Positions 1 through 11,300 of a stretch of 52,875 nucleotides of DNA are shown in pieces. Source of the stretch: a virus (lineage: Duplodnaviria; Caudoviricetes); IMG/VR virus record IMGVR_UViG_3300044478_000026, positions 1-52,875 of that record, one strand, 5' to 3'. Below the pieces are notes generated by a model. That model saw only the letters and a program-made list of their open reading frames with translations, did not search any database and was not told the origin of the DNA. Made by a program: the position numbers and the translations under genes. The number at the start of each line of letters is the position of its first letter. Position 1 is the stretch's first letter.

Positions 1-612
1 GGTGGTGGCTCGCGCCGCGACCCAGATGCTGTTCGGGAAGCGCAGCTCCTTCTTGGTCGGCTCGAAGGCGAAGTTCTTCTGGAAGTACGGGCTCGCTTTG
101 ATTTTCGAGGCGATGTTCTCGAACGCCACCTTGGTCGCCAGTTGCTCGTTCACCGAGAGGCACACCAGCGAGATGTTCGTGTCCTTGGCGATACCGAGGG
201 TCTTGTACGGGTCATGGAGGCAGGAAAGCTCGTAGAGCACCCGGCACACACCGACCGAGGCGGCAAACGTCTTTCCCCAGCCGATGGAGCCCGTGAAGAT
301 GGACTCGTGGTAGCCGCCGGAGAACAGCTCGATGAGGTCTTCGAGGAGCTTCGGGTAGATGTTCTCGCAGGTGTTCCCGAGGTAGTAGGGGTCCTTGACG
401 AACTGCTCCATCGAGACCGGCTTGGTGCGGTACTCGGACTCCGCCAGCGCGTTGAAGAGTCCCCCGGTGTTCCCAGTCCGAAGCTCGGCGAGGAGGATTT
501 CGAGAGCGGCGCGCTCCTCTTCAGAGAGCGAACCCATCTCCTTGCGAAGCTGCTCTTCAATCTCCTCGGCGGTACGAACGCTGCGTAGCCGACCGGCGCT
601 CTCGTTGATCAC
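1..612 (-). CDS. terL: Terminase large subunit, N-terminal part (runs off window)
   Basis: Not in the ORF track. My translation from GTG 612 (overlapping the upstream TGA) is open to base 1: MINESAGRL...PVSMEQFVKDPYYLG...HESIFTGSIGWGKTF (Walker A)...ISLVCLSVNEQLA, typical of large-phage terminase ATPases. Confidence 0.85.
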   Translation of the reverse strand, partial: MINESAGRLRSVRTAEEIEEQLRKEMGSLSEEERAALEILLAELRTGNTGGLFNALAESEYRTKPVSMEQFVKDPYYLGNTCENIYPKLLEDLIELFSGGYHESIFTGSIGWGKTFAASVGVCRVLYELSCLHDPYKTLGIAKDTNISLVCLSVNEQLATKVAFENIASKIKASPYFQKNFAFEPTKKELRFPNSIWVAARATT

Positions 613-1358
613 GGACTGTCCTCGGCAGCTTCCTCCACAGGAACTTCGACTTCCGCTTCCACCTCGGGCTCGGTCTCAGGCGCAGACAGAACCTCGGCAT
701 CCACCGTGTCCAACGAGCCCCCGCGCCCGTCCGCCAGCGCGAGGAACCGCTCCGCGATGCCCAGCAACTTCCGGCGGGAGTCCGGCGACTCCATCGCCTT
801 GACCACCTTCGCGTCGTACTTCTGCGCCACCTCCGCGACCACCTTCGCCTCGACTTCCATCTTGCCGAGGTTCCGCTGGTTGAGACCGAGGTCCATCTTG
901 AGCTGTGCGATGTCGGAGAGAATCTCCCGCGCGGCGCGCATCTCCTGCGTCATCGACGGCAGCAACTTGCCGATGTTCTTCTCGGTCTTGAGGTCGATTT
1001 CGATGCGCTCAAGCTGCTTGCGGTAGAGCGCTTCCATCTCCGCCAGTTCGTCCAAGCCAGCGTCCACCTTCTGAACGGTTTTGTGGAAGAAGTGCGGGAG
1101 CTTCTTCACAACCTCCGCCGCCGGAAGCGAGGCGCGGTACTCGTTCAGGATGGTCTCAAGGCTCGCCCTGCCAACGTCGGTGTACTCGCTGCAATCCCTC
1201 TGGATGTAGTCCGCGACTTGGCTGACCGCCCAGCCGTCCAGCAACCGCTGATGAACCACCTCGAAGCACTTGAGAGAGCGCAGCCGAAGGAACCGGGTCT
1301 CCCGTGAAACCGGACGGATACGGTTCTTGCGCGCGCGCGGAGCAGCCGACGATGCCAT
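609..1358 (-). CDS. Probable terminase small subunit
   Basis: Directly upstream of and coupled to terL; N-terminal HTH-like segment (LLDGWAVSQVADYIQ), helical core, acidic tail. Start moved to ATG 1358. Confidence 0.55.
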   Translation of the reverse strand: MASSAAPRARKNRIRPVSRETRFLRLRSLKCFEVVHQRLLDGWAVSQVADYIQRDCSEYTDVGRASLETILNEYRASLPAAEVVKKLPHFFHKTVQKVDAGLDELAEMEALYRKQLERIEIDLKTEKNIGKLLPSMTQEMRAAREILSDIAQLKMDLGLNQRNLGKMEVEAKVVAEVAQKYDAKVVKAMESPDSRRKLLGIAERFLALADGRGGSLDTVDAEVLSAPETEPEVEAEVEVPVEEAAEDSP

Positions 1359-1400
1359 GCGTCTATGGTACGCACGGCTTTCGGGACTGTCCAACGGACT

Positions 1401-1416
1401 GGGACCATGTGGTCCC
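1401..1416. promoter_or_regulatory. Dispersed palindromic motif copy 1 (GGGACCATGTGGTCCC)
   Basis: Intergenic between polA and terS, upstream of a TTGGAC-N18-TACCAT promoter candidate. Confidence 0.65.
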
Positions 1417-1425
1417 GTCCGAGGA

Positions 1426-3273
1426 TCACGCCTTGTCCGCCCAGCTCGCAACTCCGGACTCCGCCTCGCACTTCGTCGGCACCTTCTTCATCATCGGAGC
1501 CATCCCCTCAACCATGCCGGACTCCAGAGCTTTCCCCACGGCTTCGGCGAACTCAGGACCGTCATCCGCGTGCTCACCGACGATTTCGTCGTGGACCATG
1601 TGGCACATGCCGACCTTCGCGCCGCGCTCCAGCAACACCTTCCCGCCGGAGAGCGCCTTGAACTTCTTGTAGACGATGGGGAGGCTGTTCTTGAGCCCGT
1701 CCGCGCCGGAGCCCTGCACTGGGGTGTTGAAGAACTCGTTGTGCGCGGTCTCCGGGTCAAGGAACCGGCGACGCCCCCAGATGGTGCGCGCCTGCTTGGT
1801 GCGCTGCGCCTCTCGAATCACGAACTGATGCCACTGCTCGACCCCGTGGTACGCCTCGAAGAACTTGCGGCGGAACTTCATCGCCTGCCCTTCGGACAAG
1901 GTCACGCCGTAGTTCGACTTCGCGTAGAGCACCAACTTGGCAGCCTGCATCCCGTAGATGAAGCCGAAGTTCACCGGCTTCGCCTGCTGCCGCTGGTCCT
2001 TCGACACGAGGTGCTCTTCAACGCTGGCGAGGAGCGAAGCAGTCGCCCGGTGAGCGTCGCGGTCATCCACGAAAATCTGGATGAGGACAGGGTCGCCTGA
2101 AATTTCCGCGACGAGCCGCATCTCGATGTTCGAGTAGTCGGCGATGGCGAGCTTCCGCCCGTCTGGCGCGCGGAAGCACTCTCGGAACGCCTTGTCCCGA
2201 GGAATCTGCTGGAGGTTCGGCTTCGACGAGGAGTACCGCCCCGCGCCCGTGAACGGCCAGAACTCGGTGTGGATGCGTCCCGTCCTCGGGTTGACGTGTT
2301 CGAGGTACTCGATGCCGAAGGACTTCTTCCGCTGGGAGTAGCCCCGGTACTCGATGAACTTCTCGACGATGGGGTACTTGCCCGCCAGCATGGCGAGCGT
2401 GATTTCCTTCGTGTCCTGAAGCGGAACTGTCAGATCCTGATGCGTCTCTGCATCCTTGATTTTCTGCGTCAGCCCCATGCGCCGGAACGACTCCAGCATC
2501 TGTTCCGGCGAGTCGAGGTTCAGACTCTTCTTGTCGGAGAGCGGGATGCCGGGCAGCGCGAGCTGGTCGAACGGGCTCGGCAACTCCTGCATGAGCAGCG
2601 CGCGCGAAGCCCGCCACCGCGCCTCGTTCATCCGCGCCAGCGCAATCCACCGCTCCTTGTCGATGTAGAAGCCGTTCAGCTCGATGGTGGCTTCGGGGAG
2701 GATGGCATTGAACTCGATGGCGGCGACGCGCACGAGATCCGCCGCCTTGAGCTTCGGAATGAGCACCTCACGCAGCGGCAAGAGGTGCGTGATGTCCTCA
2801 GCGGCGTAGTCGAGCTGGTCCTTGGTCAGCTCAGGAGCAGACCAGTCGGAGCCGCCGAGGTCGGGCGCTTCGGGTCCAATCCCCAGCTCACGACGGTAGA
2901 GCGCGTACAGGTCGTGCGCGACGTGCTTGTACCCGTTGTAGAGCACGTTGGACGCTCGAAAGGCGTCGAAGAGCCGACGGAACTCGACGCCCTCCTTGTA
3001 GAGCATCCACTTCTGGTCGAACTTGAGGTTCTGCCCAACGATGACCGCGTTGGTCGCGTTGAGCGCCGGAACCAGCGCTCCCAGAGTTTTCGTGCGGAAG
3101 AGATCAACGACGTACCGCCCCTTGCCGGTGTTGAGAGAGCACAGCCGAATCTCCCCGTCACGCGGGGAGAGCGCTGTCGTCTCAAGGTCGAATGCCACCG
3201 TCGGGCACGACTCCACCTCGCGGGCGATGTGCGCCAGCCGTTCAGCGTCTGTGACGTACTCGTACGAGAGCAT
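1426..3273 (-). CDS. polA: DNA polymerase family A with 3'-5' exonuclease
   Basis: Exo motifs AFDLETT, GQNLKFD, YAAED; polymerase motifs ADYSNIEMR, RQQAKPVNFGFIYG, MVHDEI; no 5'-3' exonuclease domain. Confidence 0.97.
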   Translation of the reverse strand: MLSYEYVTDAERLAHIAREVESCPTVAFDLETTALSPRDGEIRLCSLNTGKGRYVVDLFRTKTLGALVPALNATNAVIVGQNLKFDQKWMLYKEGVEFRRLFDAFRASNVLYNGYKHVAHDLYALYRRELGIGPEAPDLGGSDWSAPELTKDQLDYAAEDITHLLPLREVLIPKLKAADLVRVAAIEFNAILPEATIELNGFYIDKERWIALARMNEARWRASRALLMQELPSPFDQLALPGIPLSDKKSLNLDSPEQMLESFRRMGLTQKIKDAETHQDLTVPLQDTKEITLAMLAGKYPIVEKFIEYRGYSQRKKSFGIEYLEHVNPRTGRIHTEFWPFTGAGRYSSSKPNLQQIPRDKAFRECFRAPDGRKLAIADYSNIEMRLVAEISGDPVLIQIFVDDRDAHRATASLLASVEEHLVSKDQRQQAKPVNFGFIYGMQAAKLVLYAKSNYGVTLSEGQAMKFRRKFFEAYHGVEQWHQFVIREAQRTKQARTIWGRRRFLDPETAHNEFFNTPVQGSGADGLKNSLPIVYKKFKALSGGKVLLERGAKVGMCHMVHDEIVGEHADDGPEFAEAVGKALESGMVEGMAPMMKKVPTKCEAESGVASWADKA

Positions 3274-3281
3274 CGTACGGG

Positions 3282-3764
3282 TCAGTCTGCGCGCACCTGC
3301 CGCCTACGCCCCTTCGAGAGGCGGTACTCGCCGGGCGTCACCTTCTCCAGCCACCGCGCCCGAATGAGCCGTCGCAGGCTGTTCCGCACCCACGAATTGG
3401 CGCGCTTGGCTGGCTGGCTCGGAAATGCCACGTCAGCGAGGTCCTCGATGGTGAGCACCTCCCGCGCAGTCCGCGCGACGAAACACCCGACGACCTTCTT
3501 CTCCTTCTTGTTCAGGGCGTCGAAGGACAGGGACTCGATGGGCGGCGCGGACTGCCCCGACACGGGCTTACGCCTCGCCTTCGCCCTCGCCGCCTTCACC
3601 TTCGCCTTCGCCTTGGCAGGCTTGGACTTCGGCTGGCGCTTGCGCCGCCCCGGCACGAGCAACGTCGCCGTCGCGTGCGCCTGCGGCTGCTTCAGGAGGT
3701 CAGCCGCCTTGCTCAACTCCGAAGCCAACGGCGCGGAGGTCTCCACCTGCGTCTCGGTGCTCAT
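3282..3764 (-). CDS. Putative DNA-binding protein (K/A-rich linker plus winged-HTH-like C-terminus)
   Basis: KPAKAKAKVKAARAKARRK segment; LTIEDLADVAF...WVRNSLRRLIRARWLEKVTPGEYRLS resembles a wHTH. Confidence 0.55.
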   Translation of the reverse strand: MSTETQVETSAPLASELSKAADLLKQPQAHATATLLVPGRRKRQPKSKPAKAKAKVKAARAKARRKPVSGQSAPPIESLSFDALNKKEKKVVGCFVARTAREVLTIEDLADVAFPSQPAKRANSWVRNSLRRLIRARWLEKVTPGEYRLSKGRRRQVRAD

Positions 3765-3820
3765 GTCTCACGTCCTGTTGAAGGGCAACAACGCCCCATC
3801 CCTTTGTGGGATCTCCAGCG

Positions 3821-3849
3821 AACCTAGTAGTAGGCTAATTGATTGTCAA
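3821..3849 (-). promoter_or_regulatory. Sigma70-type promoter TTGACA-N17-TAGGTT
   Basis: Member of the repeated TTGACAAT...TACTA promoter family; would drive the 3764/polA operon. Confidence 0.65.
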
Positions 3850-3857
3850 CCCCGACT

Positions 3858-4046
3858 TCAGGGCTTCGTCAAGGACTTCTTCGTCGGAGCCGCGTCGGGA
3901 TCTGGACCGGGATCCAACACCGGCTGAACCATGCCGGTGTCGCGCGTGAACCGACTGGGCATCTGCGCGAGCGCCTTCTCTTCGTCCTCGATGTCCTTCA
4001 GCACCTGCTGAAGCCACGGAGAGGGGACAGGTGTCGGCGTAGTCAT
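3858..4046 (-). CDS. Hypothetical protein
   Basis: ATGA overlap with the zeta gene stop; AGGAG upstream. Confidence 0.55.
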   Translation of the reverse strand: MTTPTPVPSPWLQQVLKDIEDEEKALAQMPSRFTRDTGMVQPVLDPGPDPDAAPTKKSLTKP

Positions 4047-5350
4047 GCGGCTTTCTCCTTCGGCTCGCCCAAGGAAACAACCAAGTCGAGAAACCGGGAA
4101 TCGTGAACCTGCTCACCGGTAGAAGAGCGCTCGTAGGCGACGACTTGGCTCTGCTGCCCGTTCCGGCGACCCGTGTCCATCAGCGCCATCCCGTCGATGT
4201 CCTTGTTCTTCAGCAGCGCCTTGAACGTCCTCGGAAGCTGCGCTTGCAGGAACTCGATGACATCAGGAGGAACAAAGCGCCCTGTCCGCTGACCGCGACT
4301 CTCGCTGCGCAACAACAACTCGTCCAAGTCATCGACGTAGGCAACCACGACGTTGACCTTGTACCCCTGCTTCTTCAGACGGGGCAACAACGTGTTCTCA
4401 ATCCACGGAAGATTCCCGCCCGTTCCCTCCATGACGTAGTTGAAACGCCCCGCCTCCGCCTCCGCAACGAGTTCGTTGTTCAGCTTCAGCGCCTCGTCCT
4501 TCACCGACGCCGCCCCTGTCCGAACTCCCAGCTCCACCGCCCGCTCGAACTCGGGAAGCCGTTCCAGAATCAAGTCAGGGTCGAGCTTCACCGCGTTGTC
4601 GTAGGTGTGCCCGTTGCGCGTGGACTTGCCCGACGACGGCGGACCGATGACGAACGTGAACATCGGCGATTCACCTTCAGGAACCGGCTGGGCGTTACCC
4701 CACAAGCGCGGACGAATGTCCTCAAAAATCTCCTTGTGGATCTTGCGCCGCTCCGGGTTCCACTGCTGGGTCTCCTTGTTGAAGTACTTCTCCGCAGTGT
4801 TCTTCGGAATCTCCGGGTGCGACGTCAGTGCGAACGCATCACTCGGGTCCACCCGACGCCAACTTCCGTCCGACTGCTTCTCGTAGGTGTGACCGTCACG
4901 CCACTTGTGGCGCTCCCCGACCTTCGCCGGAATCCCGCGAGCTTCGAGCACGGCGAAATCCAGTTGCGCGTCCGCCGACGCCAGCACCCCCGGAGGCAGG
5001 TCGTAAAGCGGCTTGAAGTAGTCGCGGAAAAACTCCAGTACGTCTTCGTCCTCGTCCCACAAGTCCAAGAGCGCGTCCATCCCCGTGAGCCCCGCGTGCT
5101 TCACGTTCTTCAGGGTCAGCGGCTCGAACACGCACAAGGGACTGCCCACGTCCGCCGGGAGAACGGCAAACCCAACGTCACCTCGGTCATGAAACTGCCC
5201 CGCCTCTACGCGCTGCGCCATGTTCCGGCGGTTCATCCACCAACTGAGACCTCCGAAGTTGAAAACAGGACGAAACGCCACGTACCGGAGCTTTCCGCCA
5301 TCAGGCAGGTGTTCAGTCACTCGGTAGAGGTCTTTCGCGTCAGGTCGCAT
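4043..5350 (-). CDS. Zeta-toxin-like P-loop kinase domain protein
   Basis: GPPSSGKST Walker A, LDPDLI, NYVMEGT, GYKVNV, RGQRTGRFVP match the zeta/PezT pattern; about 190-aa N-terminal extension. Confidence 0.85.
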   Translation of the reverse strand: MRPDAKDLYRVTEHLPDGGKLRYVAFRPVFNFGGLSWWMNRRNMAQRVEAGQFHDRGDVGFAVLPADVGSPLCVFEPLTLKNVKHAGLTGMDALLDLWDEDEDVLEFFRDYFKPLYDLPPGVLASADAQLDFAVLEARGIPAKVGERHKWRDGHTYEKQSDGSWRRVDPSDAFALTSHPEIPKNTAEKYFNKETQQWNPERRKIHKEIFEDIRPRLWGNAQPVPEGESPMFTFVIGPPSSGKSTRNGHTYDNAVKLDPDLILERLPEFERAVELGVRTGAASVKDEALKLNNELVAEAEAGRFNYVMEGTGGNLPWIENTLLPRLKKQGYKVNVVVAYVDDLDELLLRSESRGQRTGRFVPPDVIEFLQAQLPRTFKALLKNKDIDGMALMDTGRRNGQQSQVVAYERSSTGEQVHDSRFLDLVVSLGEPKEKAA

Positions 5351-5351
5351 G

Positions 5352-8300
5352 TCAGAACCCCAGAGGCTTCACGTACTTGTCGTAGACCGCCTGCGCCGAC
5401 GACTCCACGACAACGAAGTCCTCGATAGGGACACCGTTCACTTCGTGGAGCCCCTGCGTCTTCGCCTCCGACACCAGCGCAACGCGCGACGCCTCACTCT
5501 GCGTGACGATGCGCAAGATGCGAGAGGCGTGAACCCCGGACATCCAGTCAATTTCGTTGGTGCCCGTTCCACTCGGGTCAGAGTCTCGCCGCTTGATGGT
5601 CTCCGACATCGACAAACGACTCTTCCACTTGTCCGGCATCGAGGTGTCCTTACCCTCAGCCCCGAACGCATCGTAGTGGTAGAACGCGACGTCGAGACGA
5701 TCCGCTTCGTCAGGCGGAAGGATGTACTTGTAGGGACCGCCTACGTTCCCCGAGTTGGTGTGCTGGAAGAGTCCGCTCTTCGCGCTGTTGGTGGTGATGG
5801 CTCGCCACATGCCGAACTGCGCCCCACCAGTCCTCATATCATCGCTATCAGACGCGCCTTGTCCTCCGCCGCCGATCAGCATCCTTGAAACGATGGAGAG
5901 CGGACCGGACTCCTTGAGCGCCTGCACAATGAACTTCGGCGTAGACGCAGAAGTCTGGAAGTACTTGAGCGCCGGTTCTCCATCTCCACCCTTGGGGAGC
6001 AGGTCCTTCCAGCGCCCCGCCTTGTAGAAGCTCTTGATACCCGGCTGCACCTCGACTTCCTGCGAGTCGAGCAAGGGCGCGAGCGACTTCCTCGACTTCA
6101 CCTTGGAGGTGAGCGTCGCTACGTTGAAATCTTCCGGGGCGAGAGCGCGCTCGATGTCCGGCGCTTCCGTGAACAGAATCTGATGGAGCTTCTGGACCTC
6201 TCGGTCCTCCGGAGTCGGGTCATGCAGCACGGCGTCAGCCAGACCGGGCTGCGCCGCGTCCAACAAGTCTCGCAGCGCGCCCGTCAGACTCTCCCCCGAG
6301 TCGAGTTCCAACTCGGCAGCCATCAGTCCTGCCGTAGCGTACGGGTTACTGCCGCACATCTTGAGTTCGTGCTTTCCCTTCTTCCACACACGCGCCGGAA
6401 TAGATTCCCACGCGCCCTTCCACTCGACATTCGTCTGCCGCAGAGCATCAGCCGCCGCGTCGTACTCCACCATCTTGAAGTCGAGAGACCCACTCGCTCC
6501 GGAAGACGTCAGCGTCTTCCATCCGGTGTCCTTCCCAGCAACCTTCACCCGGTCCTTCAGCTTGAAGGTAACGAGCAGCTTGGTCTTGCCGTCCGTCTTG
6601 ACGACGCGCCGAACATTGATGGTTCCGGTAGAACCCCACAGAGCAGGTCCGTCGGACGGAAAGGCACGACCGAGCCGAGTGAGCTTGATGTCTCCTGAGT
6701 TCGCCTTGTCGAGATCCGCGAAGGACTGCGCGATGGGTCGCGCGGGGGCGTGAGCCGGGAGGTACGACGGCGTGCCGGGGTGCGGAGGAATCTTGCCCTT
6801 GGCAGCAATCTGCTCTTCCGGGGTGATGACCTGCTGCTCCGTGATGAACGCCTTGTCGAGCGCCTCGCGGCTCACCGGGATGAGGAACTTGCTCCCGCCA
6901 CCCTCCTTCTTCTTCTCAACAGGAGCAGACAGCGCCGTGAGTCCCATCTTCTTGAGGAACTCCTCAGCCTTCGTCACACCTTCGGTTCCGTACACCTTGA
7001 GCGCGTAGCGAGTCGGGTCCTCGGCTCCATCCTTGGACTTCCACGGCCTCACCTTGACACCCATCTCGTCCGCAACCATCGCAGCGGTCTTCTTGATGTC
7101 CTTGATGATGGGCTTCGGCTTGGCTCCAGCCGCGACCCAGCCTCCCGAGTCGAAGGCGAACTTCCCCTCTTCGCCGGTCTTCTCCCCGAACACCTCGGTC
7201 AGCGCCTGCTCGACGCGGTACTTGGTCGTGTTCTTCCGATTGACTGCGTCCTGCACGAAAGCGTCTTGGAGGAGACGGTTACCGGGGTGACTCGCCTCCG
7301 CAATGGGACGAACCATCGCCTCGAAGTCAACCGGTGGAATCTTCCCCAGCGCGGTAAACACCGCGCCCGCCGACAACAGCTCCGCCGGAGACGCCGCGAG
7401 CTTCTCCCAAACCGGGTCAGTGTCGGGGCGTCCAACGAGTCCGGACCCGGAAGGAACAATCCACGACAACACTCCCTGCATCGCCTCGCGCTTCTCCCCT
7501 GCCGAAACAGCATCGAGCCCTGTGAGGGTCTGGAGCGCCTTCTGCGCCGTCGCTGAAGCCGCCGCAGCTTCTGCCTCCTTCGGCGGCTGTACGGCTGTCG
7601 CCGCCGGAACATCGACGGGCTCGCCCGGCGTCATAGGCGGAGCCGCCGCAACCGAGGCAGCCGAGGGTACGACCGGCTTGGTAGCGCCGACCCAACCACC
7701 GACCGCCTTCAGCTTCTTCAGCACGTACTTCACCCGCTTGACGCACACTTGATGCTTGTCGCCCGTCACATAGGCGAGCTGCGCCGCCGCGTCATTGGGG
7801 TTGAAGTTATACGCCGCGAGCTGCTGGAGTGCCTTGTAGTACTCGCCGCCCTGCGCAATGCCCATCGCCGCTGCGGCATTCTTCACCGACGCAATCGGCG
7901 GCGGAACGTAGTTCACCGGTTTGGGGACGGGCTGTGTGCCCACGGGAGCCGGAGCCGTCGGCAGCGACTGCGCGGTAGCCGCAGGAGCCGCAACCACTGC
8001 CCCTTCGGGCACCCATCCACCCGCGAAGGTGAACTTGCCCTTCTTCTTGGTCCGCTTCTCGTAGAGGCCCGTGATGAACTTCTCGAAGTCCGGTCGGATG
8101 TTCTGCTTCCGCCCAATAGCCTGCGCGTAGAAGGCGCTGATGAGGTTGGCATCGACGAGCTTCGGCTGCTGGGCCGCGTAGCCTGCCAGCTCCTGCGCGT
8201 AGGCATCGTCCGGAATCTTCTCAATCGCCTCAATGGCGCTCTTCATCACCGTCGGGTCGAAGTCCATCTTCCCTTCGGCGAACGCAGCCCAGAACTTGTT

Positions 8301-11300
8301 GTAGTAGGGCGGGTTCTCCATCGTGTTCGGGTGGTAGTCGGTCGAAAGCTCATCCGGCGTGTTCGGCAGCGCCGGGTTCGCCAGCATGAACTTGAACGCC
8401 TGCTCCTTGTCGATGCCGGTCACCCGACCGTCCGGCAGAATCAGAAGGTTCGCTCCGTGCGAGTCGTGCTGGGACATCATCCAGTCGAGGATGTGCTCCG
8501 CCGCCACGTCCGCCTTCTGCTGCGTCGTCAGCGCCGCAGGAACCTTGCTGGCGAGATTGCCGGTCGCCTCCACCCACGGCTGAATCGCCGCAGGCTTGCC
8601 TTCGTAGGTCGTCAACCCCACAGGCACGGTGTTGGACTTCACCGCCAGTCCGACCTTCGCAAACATCGCCGCCGCTGCCGCCTTGAAGGGCTGCGGCTTC
8701 TTGGTGTTCTTGTCGGCAGCCAGCTTCACCATCCACTTCTTGCCACTGGCGTCCTTGAACCAGTGCTTCTCGCTCGCCCCACCGATTCCAGAGGCAGGCC
8801 CTGCATACGTGAGCGATGCCAGCGCCGGAAGGACGGGCGTCGCAAGGACGCCGGGAACGGGAGAAGCAGGCTTCGGGGCGGCAGCCGTACCCGTCTTGGG
8901 GAACTTGAACAAGTCCATCGGGTGCTGCGACAACTCCCCGCGCTTCTTCATGAGCCCGGAGAAGAACAACTCGAACTCCGTCCGAACTCCGTTCTTGCGG
9001 GCAAGAATCGCGGAGAGCTTGGGTACACGCTCTTCGACCGGAAGCGCGTCGATGTACGGCTGAACCGCCTTCCGCCAGTCGTCCTCCGACACTCCCTCGA
9101 CCGCTTGGATGAACGGCAGCACATCGTTGGGGTCGAGGTCGAGCTTCTTCTCCGCGTACAAGTTGTAGAGCGCGTTGTAGACAGGAGGAGAAGGGTTCGG
9201 CTCGTAGTCGGTCGAGAGCTTGTCCTGACCGATGAACTTGAACGCCTGCTCCTTGTCGATGCCGAGGATGCTGCCGTCCTTCGTCTTGATGAAGTTCCCG
9301 ATTTTGCAGTCGTGGTTGGAACAAACCCAGTCGATGACCCGCTCGCGCTGAAGCTGCCGGATCTGCTCAGGCGACAACGCCTTGAGGTCTTCGTCTGCTG
9401 TCTTGTTCGTGCCGAGCATCGTGATGTTCGGCACCACCGGCTGCACCGTGCCCCAGTCACCGTCCTTCTCGACCGCCCTCACGGGCACGTACGCGCCCGC
9501 GCCCGCGATGAGCGCCGAGAGATTGCTCGCCACCTCGCCGCCTCGGGCGCGCAGAACATCCGCCCCGTGCTTGTAGAGGAACAGGTTGCCGCCGCTGTCC
9601 TTCATGAACCGCTTCGGCTTGTTCCCTCCGAGCTTCTTCTGGGCGTCGCCTGCATCCGTGAGGCTGGAGAGGGGCGGCGGAGCAGGGAAGTGTCCGGCGG
9701 GAGCCGGAGCAGGCGCAGGCTCCGGGGAGACCTTGGCGGGCTCCACTTCTGTGCCCGCCGTCGGGAACTTGAAGACAGAGTGCTTCGTGCCGACGGTGAA
9801 CTCGTCTCCGCCGGGAGACTCGATGACGATTCCGACCTCCTTCATCAACTGACGGAAGTTGGTCGCGGCAGCGCCTGCCGCAGCGTAATCCATCCCGAGC
9901 AGCTCCTCGGCAGCCTGTTGCAGCGCCGACTGGAGCGAGAAGGGGGCTCCGATGTCGTAGTCGGCGAGCACACCGAAAAACACTTCATCCTCGGGCGAGA
10001 TGTCCCCGTGCTCGACGTACTTGTCGTAGACGTCCTTGGGGATGCTGGCGAGGTACGCCTGACCTGCCGCCACCATCGCCTTCTTCTTCGTCTCCTGCTC
10101 CGACGGCGGGTTCTTGGTGAACTCGTAGTCGAGGAAGTCAGGCAGCCCGTAGGCCGCGTTGACGAGCTTCGTCAGGACCTTCTGGACCTGCGGAGCGGTC
10201 GCCTGAATAGGCGAGGCGTACACAAGGTCAGAAATCTCGTTCCCAGCGCTCGTGAGGGAGCCGTCGAGCTTCAGTCCTTGGGCGAGCTTCTTCCTCCAGA
10301 CCGCCAACATCTTGGCTTCGGAGCCGGAAGCGGAGAACCCGAGCTTGGTCGCCAGCTCTGCCGTCTTGGCGTCCACCGGAATGTCGAGCGAGCTGAGGTC
10401 TGGAACCGGGTAGTCCAATACCGGCTTCTTCGCCGGGTCCTTCTTCATCAGCTCACTCCAGCTCACGGTCGCCGGAATCGCGTCGATGAACTTGTCAGCG
10501 ACATACGTCATGAACTTTTCGGCGTCTGCGCCATCCCACCCCAGCGCCACGAGGTCGTCGTAGGTCGCATCCTTCGGCGACTTGGCCCCTCCGTTCGACT
10601 GCCAGAGGTTGAGGAGCTTCGCCTCTTCGGAACCAGCCGCAAAACCCGCCTGAACGACCAAGTCCGTAATCTTGGGAGACAGACCCACCAGTGACGCAGG
10701 CAGCGGCGCGTAGGTCTTCCCAGACGGAGGCGTGAACGGGGGCGGAGCGGCAACCGGCTCAGGCTCCGGCGGCTTGGACTTCTGGAGCGCGTTGGTGTGG
10801 ATGGGGAGGTCCAAGTCATGGAACGGCGCGTCCACGATGCCCACGACGGACTTCTTGTTGAGGGTCGCCAGCGCGAGCTTGTTCAGCGCGGCAGCCAACT
10901 TTTGCGCATGATCGTGGTCGATCTTCGGGTTGACAGCGATGAGCGCCGCCACCGCCAGCCCCTCGTCGCCGCCGTTCGTCACCAGCGCCGACAACGCCCA
11001 GTCACCGATGGTCCCCGGCTTGATGTCGAGCTTCTTCTTGAGGTCGTTGACCTTCTCCACGGGCAGGTTCGCCAGCGTCGTAACAGGAGCCTCGACGGGG
11101 GCCGTGGGCGCGGCGGTGGTGGTGGTCTTCTTCTTCTTGGTGGTCTTCGTCGGAACAGAGACCAACCCGGCGTGCGCCATCTTCTGATGCACCTGCGCCA
11201 CCACGGCAGCCGCGACGTCGGGGTGGAGCCCTTGAGCAGACGCCAAGGTCGCCGAAACACCCTTGAGGTCGTCAGGGCTCGCCTTGATGAGACCCACAGC

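Noticed and set aside
1593-1606. GGACCATGTGGCAC (and GGACCTTGTGGACC near 46812) as further motif copies
   Set aside because: Two mismatches each break the dyad, and both lie in coding sequence; not counted.
3813-3823. CTCCAGCGAAC shared with 29673-29683
   Set aside because: Only two copies and partly an SD-like sequence; could be chance.
3858-5350. Zeta gene plus small ORF as an epsilon-zeta toxin-antitoxin pair
   Set aside because: The small ORF is downstream, only 62 aa and Pro-rich, with no epsilon/PezA features I can recognise.
7749-10694. Long plus-strand ORFs (981 aa here; also 26155-28437, 2269-3927, 19063-20628) and 44379-45698 on the minus strand
   Set aside because: Antisense shadows of high-GC3 genes, with Arg/Leu/Val-rich composition and no motifs.
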